From: Halodesulfurarchaeum sp.
GTDB taxonomy: Archaea > Halobacteriota > Halobacteria > Halobacteriales > Halobacteriaceae
Length of the DNA stretch: 64,000 bases
NCBI GenBank assembly: GCA_042216015.1
Contig: JBDGUI010000014.1
Span: 9,935 to 73,934 of the forward strand
Reading direction: 5' to 3'
Positions 59,542 through 64,000 of the stretch are shown here, piece by piece. The notes under the pieces were generated by a model that worked only from the letters and a program-made list of their open reading frames with translations, was not told the origin of the DNA and ran no database searches. A program made the translations under genes and the position numbers. Within the stretch, counting starts at the first letter, position 1. The number at the start of each line of letters is the position of its first letter.

Positions 59542-61228
59542 CCGAATCACCCCCGCCGACCGGCGCGTCCGTCGGCCCGTCGTCGAAGGCCCCCCAATCG
59601 ACCGCGGCCCCGGTCCGGGCCGGATCGCGGTCCTCGTTCAGCGTGGTCCGGACATGCCAGTCGTTGAGCCGAGCCTGGGCGAGCTGGGTGTCCCAGAGCG
59701 CGTGTCGCTGCCCCTTCCACCGCTCCGCGCGGAGTGCATCGAGAGCCGCCCGCGCCCGCGGCTCCCCGACGTCGGGGTGGAGCTCGGCCGCGAGTCGGTG
59801 GCCACAGCGCCCGCCCTGGCAGTTCCCCATCGAGGCCCGCGTCCGGATCCGCACGGCGTTCAGATCCGGGCCGGTGTCCTCGATGGCGTCCCGGACCTCG
59901 GCCCGCGTCACCGCTTCGCAGTTGCAGACGACGGGGTTCGGGTCCGTGCCCGCCAGGACGGCTTCGGTCCGGGAGCCGAGCCGCTCGGCGCTCCGGCGGG
60001 CGATCGTCGACCGGAGGCCGAAACGCTCCATCGCCGCCTCGAGGTCGCCGGGTCGCTCGCTGCCCGGCAGCGGTTCGGTGGCCGTGTCACAGTCCGCGTC
60101 GACGCCCAATTCCGCACAGACGTGGTCGGCGACGGCCTCGGCCATCAGTCTGTAGGTCGTGAGTTTGCCCCCGACGATCGTCGTCAGGCCGGGGGTGTCG
60201 TCCCTGGTGCCGTGATCGAGGACGGAGAACTGCCGCGTGACAGCCGTCGAGTCCTCCGTCTCGGTCCCAGGCGGTTCGTACAGCGGCCTGACGCCCCAGT
60301 AGGAGCGGACGGTCCGTGCCTCCCGGATCCGGGGGATCAGTTCGCTCAACTCCTCGATGAGCAGTTCGACCTCCCACTGGGCCTCCTCGTACTCGTCGGG
60401 ATCGTCGACCTCGACGTCCGTCGTGCCCAACAGCGCGGTCGTCTCGTGTGGCACCACGATGTCGGCGTCGCCGCGCGGCCGACAGCGGTTGATCACGGTG
60501 TCGACCGGGCGGGAGTTGAGCACCGTCATCGCCCCCTTCGAGGGCCGAACCGCGATCTCGAGGTCGGCCAGGGCGGCGATCTGGCCCGCCCACGCGCCGG
60601 TGGCGTTGACCACGTGGTCGGCGCTGATCCGTTCGGTCGGTCCCGCGTCCGCGCCGTCCGGGCCCTCGTGGGCCACGACGGCGCCCGTGACCGCCCCGTC
60701 GTCCTGGAGCAAATCGACGACCTCGGCGTGGGTCTCGATGCGGGCGCCGTGTGTTTCGGCGTCCACGGCGTTGGCCACACAGAGCCGGAAGGGGTCGATC
60801 GCGGCGTCCGGGACGGCGATCGCCTTCTCGACGTCGGGAGCGAGGGCCGGTTCGCGTTCGCGTGCCGCCACACCCGAGATGACCTCGACCGGAATGTCAC
60901 AGTCCCGGCAGGCGGCGACCTTGCGGTCGAAGTACGCGTCCGGGTCCTCCGGGCGTTTGACGAAGAGCCCCCCGGTCTCCTCGATACAGTGGCCGGCGAT
61001 CTCCCGGAGGACCCGGTTCTCCGCGATGCACTCCTCGGCACTCTGGGGGTCGGAGACGGCGTAGCGGGCGCCCGAGTGGAGCAGCCCGTGCATGCGGCCG
61101 GTGGTCCCGCTGGCGAGCGTGCCGGACTCAACGAGGGTCACGTCGAGACCGCGGCGGGCGAGATCGCGGGCGAGACCGGTCCCGGTCGACCCGCCGCCGA
61201 TCACGAGGACCCCGGTGTGCTCCGGCAT
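59531..61228 (-). CDS. glpA: Anaerobic glycerol-3-phosphate dehydrogenase subunit A
   Basis: [35 protein letters not shown]...[11 protein letters not shown]. Confidence 0.94.
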   Translation of the reverse strand: MPEHTGVLVIGGGSTGTGLARDLARRGLDVTLVESGTLASGTTGRMHGLLHSGARYAVSDPQSAEECIAENRVLREIAGHCIEETGGLFVKRPEDPDAYFDRKVAACRDCDIPVEVISGVAAREREPALAPDVEKAIAVPDAAIDPFRLCVANAVDAETHGARIETHAEVVDLLQDDGAVTGAVVAHEGPDGADAGPTERISADHVVNATGAWAGQIAALADLEIAVRPSKGAMTVLNSRPVDTVINRCRPRGDADIVVPHETTALLGTTDVEVDDPDEYEEAQWEVELLIEELSELIPRIREARTVRSYWGVRPLYEPPGTETEDSTAVTRQFSVLDHGTRDDTPGLTTIVGGKLTTYRLMAEAVADHVCAELGVDADCDTATEPLPGSERPGDLEAAMERFGLRSTIARRSAERLGSRTEAVLAGTDPNPVVCNCEAVTRAEVRDAIEDTGPDLNAVRIRTRASMGNCQGGRCGHRLAAELHPDVGEPRARAALDALRAERWKGQRHALWDTQLAQARLNDWHVRTTLNEDRDPARTGAAVDWGAFDDGPTDAPVGGGDSGGD

Positions 61229-61450
61229 GCTGTTCGTGTCCACTCTGTCTGTCTCCGCCCTTAAGGTTACGCCACGACCGGCGCTGCGGGCCGGTCGTCC
61301 GAGCGGGAAAACGGACCGAGGAGCCCGACTCCCCCGGCCCGCGATCCATCGGCGTCGGGTCGCTGCGGTCACAACCCTTTTGTATGGCCTATATAGAACT
61401 ATGTATGACAATGAAACACACGGCAAACGGGGCGGCACGGGGGTGAGCTC

Positions 61451-62746
61451 GTGCCGGCCGATCCAGCGGTCGGGGCGGTGATCGCGGTCCAGGGAGTGCC
61501 GACGCCGGACCCGGAGTACCTCCTCGTCCACTACCCGAACGTGACGAAGCTCGTGATCGCCGCCGCCCTGGGGCTGCTCATGGGGATCGAGCGGGAGTGG
61601 TCACAGAAGCCCGCGGGTCTCCGGACCTTCACAATCATCTCGACGCTCGGAGCGGTGACGGTGATCGCCGGGGAGTCGGGCCTGGTCGCCCTCGGCGGGC
61701 TGCTCGTGGTGATTCAAGGGAGTATCTTCGCCGCCGCCGGGCTCTTCGGAGACGAAGAAAAGTTCCTCCTCACGACCTCCGTCTCGATGGTCCTAGCCTA
61801 CGTGATCGGGGTGCTCGTGGCGAAGTCCCTGTTCTTCGAGGGCGTGCTGGCGGCGGTCGCCACCACCCTCTTGCTCGTGCTCCGTCCGGAGCTTCACGGC
61901 TTCGCGCAGAACCTCGAGAAGGCCGAGATCAGGAGTGCCGTCGAGTTCGCAGTCATCGCCTTCGTCGTCTACCCCCACTTGCCGAACGACCCGATCGACC
62001 CGTGGAACGCCGTCGTTCCGCAGACAGTGTGGTTGCTCGTCGTGGTGATCAGCCTCATCGGCTTCCTGAACTACCTCGTAGTGGCTCGGTACGGAGCGAA
62101 AGGGATCGCAGTGACGAGTTTCTTCGGTGGCCTGGTCAACTCCACGGCAGTCATCGGGGAGATGGTCTCCCGAACCAGAAAGAACCCGGCGCTGGATCCG
62201 CTCGCGGTCGGGTCGATCATGCTGGCCAACGCGGCAATGGCCACGCGTGACCTCCTCATCGCCGTCGCCTTCATTCCGGGCATCAACATCACACTCATCG
62301 CTCCACTCGGCACGATCGTCGTCACCGGGATCATCCTCTCCTACGTGATGAGCGACTGGATGGTCACCTTCAAGCTTGACTTCGACTCCCCCTTCAACCT
62401 CCGGTCGGCGCTCACTTTTGGGGGCCTCTTCCTCGTGGTCCTCGTGCTCTCGGCGGGCGCCCAGAGCGCCTACGGCGCGTCCGGGCTGCTCGTCTCGAGT
62501 TTCCTCAGCGGGTTGGTCTCGAGTGGCGCGGTCACGACGAGTGCGGTATTGCTCGTCCAGTCAGGGAACGTGAGCGTCCAACTCGCCTCGGGGGCCATCA
62601 TCGCAGGGGTGACAGCCAGCATCCTCGCCAAACTCGGGCTGGTCGTCTCGATGAACCGGACGCTCACCCGGCCGGTGGCGGTCGCCACGTCGGTGCTCGT
62701 CGCCGCCGGGGCGACGGTCGCGGGGCTGATCATGCTCTTCGTTTGA
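61451..62746 (+). CDS. MgtC/SapB family membrane protein with DUF4010
   Basis: [25 protein letters not shown], many TM segments; start uncertain. Confidence 0.82.
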   Translation: MPADPAVGAVIAVQGVPTPDPEYLLVHYPNVTKLVIAAALGLLMGIEREWSQKPAGLRTFTIISTLGAVTVIAGESGLVALGGLLVVIQGSIFAAAGLFGDEEKFLLTTSVSMVLAYVIGVLVAKSLFFEGVLAAVATTLLLVLRPELHGFAQNLEKAEIRSAVEFAVIAFVVYPHLPNDPIDPWNAVVPQTVWLLVVVISLIGFLNYLVVARYGAKGIAVTSFFGGLVNSTAVIGEMVSRTRKNPALDPLAVGSIMLANAAMATRDLLIAVAFIPGINITLIAPLGTIVVTGIILSYVMSDWMVTFKLDFDSPFNLRSALTFGGLFLVVLVLSAGAQSAYGASGLLVSSFLSGLVSSGAVTTSAVLLVQSGNVSVQLASGAIIAGVTASILAKLGLVVSMNRTLTRPVAVATSVLVAAGATVAGLIMLFV

Positions 62747-62819
62747 GCGGGCCTTCGATCGACAGTTGGGATGAACACGTTCCGGCGGAGAGCAAAGAAT
62801 ACGGCCGGAACGGGCAGGT

Positions 62820-63696
62820 TCACTTCCTCTTGATGATCGTTTCCATCAGCGAGCGGTTCGCGAGGATCAGGATGACAAGCGGCGGCAGGAGCGCCAGGAC
62901 CGTCCCCGCCATGATGAGGCCCCCACAGCGTCTGCCCGCCCCCGGTCGCGCCCTGTGACTCCGAGGCCGACCTAGGCGACCTGCTGGCTACTGGACTAGA
63001 TGGCGACCAGCGGCCAGAGGAGCTGGTTTCAACCCCCAATAAACCCGATCACGTAGAGCCCGATGATCATGCTCTTGGACATCGGAATCAAGAAGTGCAC
63101 CAGGAACTTGAGCTGCCCGACGCCATTGAGCCGGGCGGTTTCCACGAGCGATTCCGAGATCGAGAAGAACTGCTGCCGGAGTAAGAGGACCGACGTGGCA
63201 CTCGGAAGGTAGGGGAGCACGAAGGCATACATCGTGTCGTTCCAGCCCATGTCGACCATGATCGCGAACAGCGACACGATTCGCACCGAAACCGGCAAGG
63301 TCAGCATGAGCAGGATGAGCAGGAACAGGAATCACTTGAACCGGAAGTCGAAGAAGACGATGGACAGGGCAGCCAGCATCGAGATCGCCCACTTTGCCCA
63401 CGACGATCAGGGAGGCCATGACGAAGCTGTTTTTCCAGCTAATTTGGGAAGCTGGACTTCTCGAGGACGATGCGATAGTTATCCAGCCCGTCGTTCCTCA
63501 CCCCGAGGTAGGTGAAATCAAGGATTTCGGTTTTAGTCTGGGTGCTAATGAGCAACACCAAGACGAGCGGCACCAAGAGCACGAACAGGGTCACGATAAT
63601 CTGGGAGTGGAACTCCCACTCCCGCCGGGCCAGCCGGACGCACCGCTCAAGCGTCGATCGAAGGTGCGCGAGTTTGAGGCGATTTGTGACACTCAT
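62820..63696 (-). pseudogene. Carbohydrate/G3P ABC permease (UgpE-like), multiple stops and frameshifts
   Basis: Fragments LENSFVMA, LLLRQQFFSISESLVETARLNG (EAA motif), *NQLLWPL, WGLIMAGTVLALLPPL. Confidence 0.8.
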
Positions 63697-63697
63697 C

Positions 63698-63810
63698 TCA
63701 GCCACCTCCGAAATGTGCGGCCGAGTCGGACCACTAACTGGATGAAGATCAGCCCGCCGACCAACAGGAAGAAGGCGATCGACTGCATCGCGGTATTTGA
63801 GTACAGGTCG
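63698..63810 (-). pseudogene. C-terminal remnant of a UgpA-like ABC permease
   Basis: AMQSIAFFLLVGGLIFIQL / frameshift / WSDSAAHFGGG* immediately before the ugpE-like ATG. Confidence 0.5.
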
Positions 63811-64000
63811 GCGATGCCTTCGGCGACCGGCACTTGCATTAGGTGGTCCCAGACGGTCACTCGGTACTTCCGCTTGCCAGCGGTCGGTTTGTAGAACTCA
63901 TCGACTTCGTAGACGCCGAAGTGACCTCCTCCCCGTCGTAAACGACGGGGCTTCCCGAGCGGTGGGATATTTGCCGGTCTACGGGCAAACCTGCTCTTGT

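Overview
High-GC haloarchaeal chromosome segment (acidic proteome, archaeal SRP RNA, Rpp21, DGGGP synthase, 11-subunit Nuo complex without NuoEFG). Positions 1-41 kb are mostly core genes: form III RuBisCO next to class I FBPase and class I aldolase, thiolase/DUF35, nuoA-N, a B12-binding radical SAM enzyme, purKE, Agl23, ribH, glutamate dehydrogenase, glycosyltransferases and SRP RNA. Between tRNA-Arg(TCG) at 41.1 kb and tRNA-Thr(TGT) at 48.0 kb is a patch of small redox/stress genes, Cys-rich micro-proteins and pseudogenes. Behind tRNA-Thr is an AT-rich island remnant in which two different IS630-family elements bracket a truncated Druantia(DruE)-like helicase and its partner gene. This abuts a decaying uncharacterised module (APC permease, nucleotidyltransferase-like protein, metallophosphoesterase) linked to glpABC with no adjacent glpK, an MgtC/DUF4010 protein and ugpA/ugpE-like pseudogenes. 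That module is the best candidate for an undescribed system, possibly glycerophosphodiester/lipid head-group scavenging. All family assignments come from motif recognition by eye; no database searches were run.
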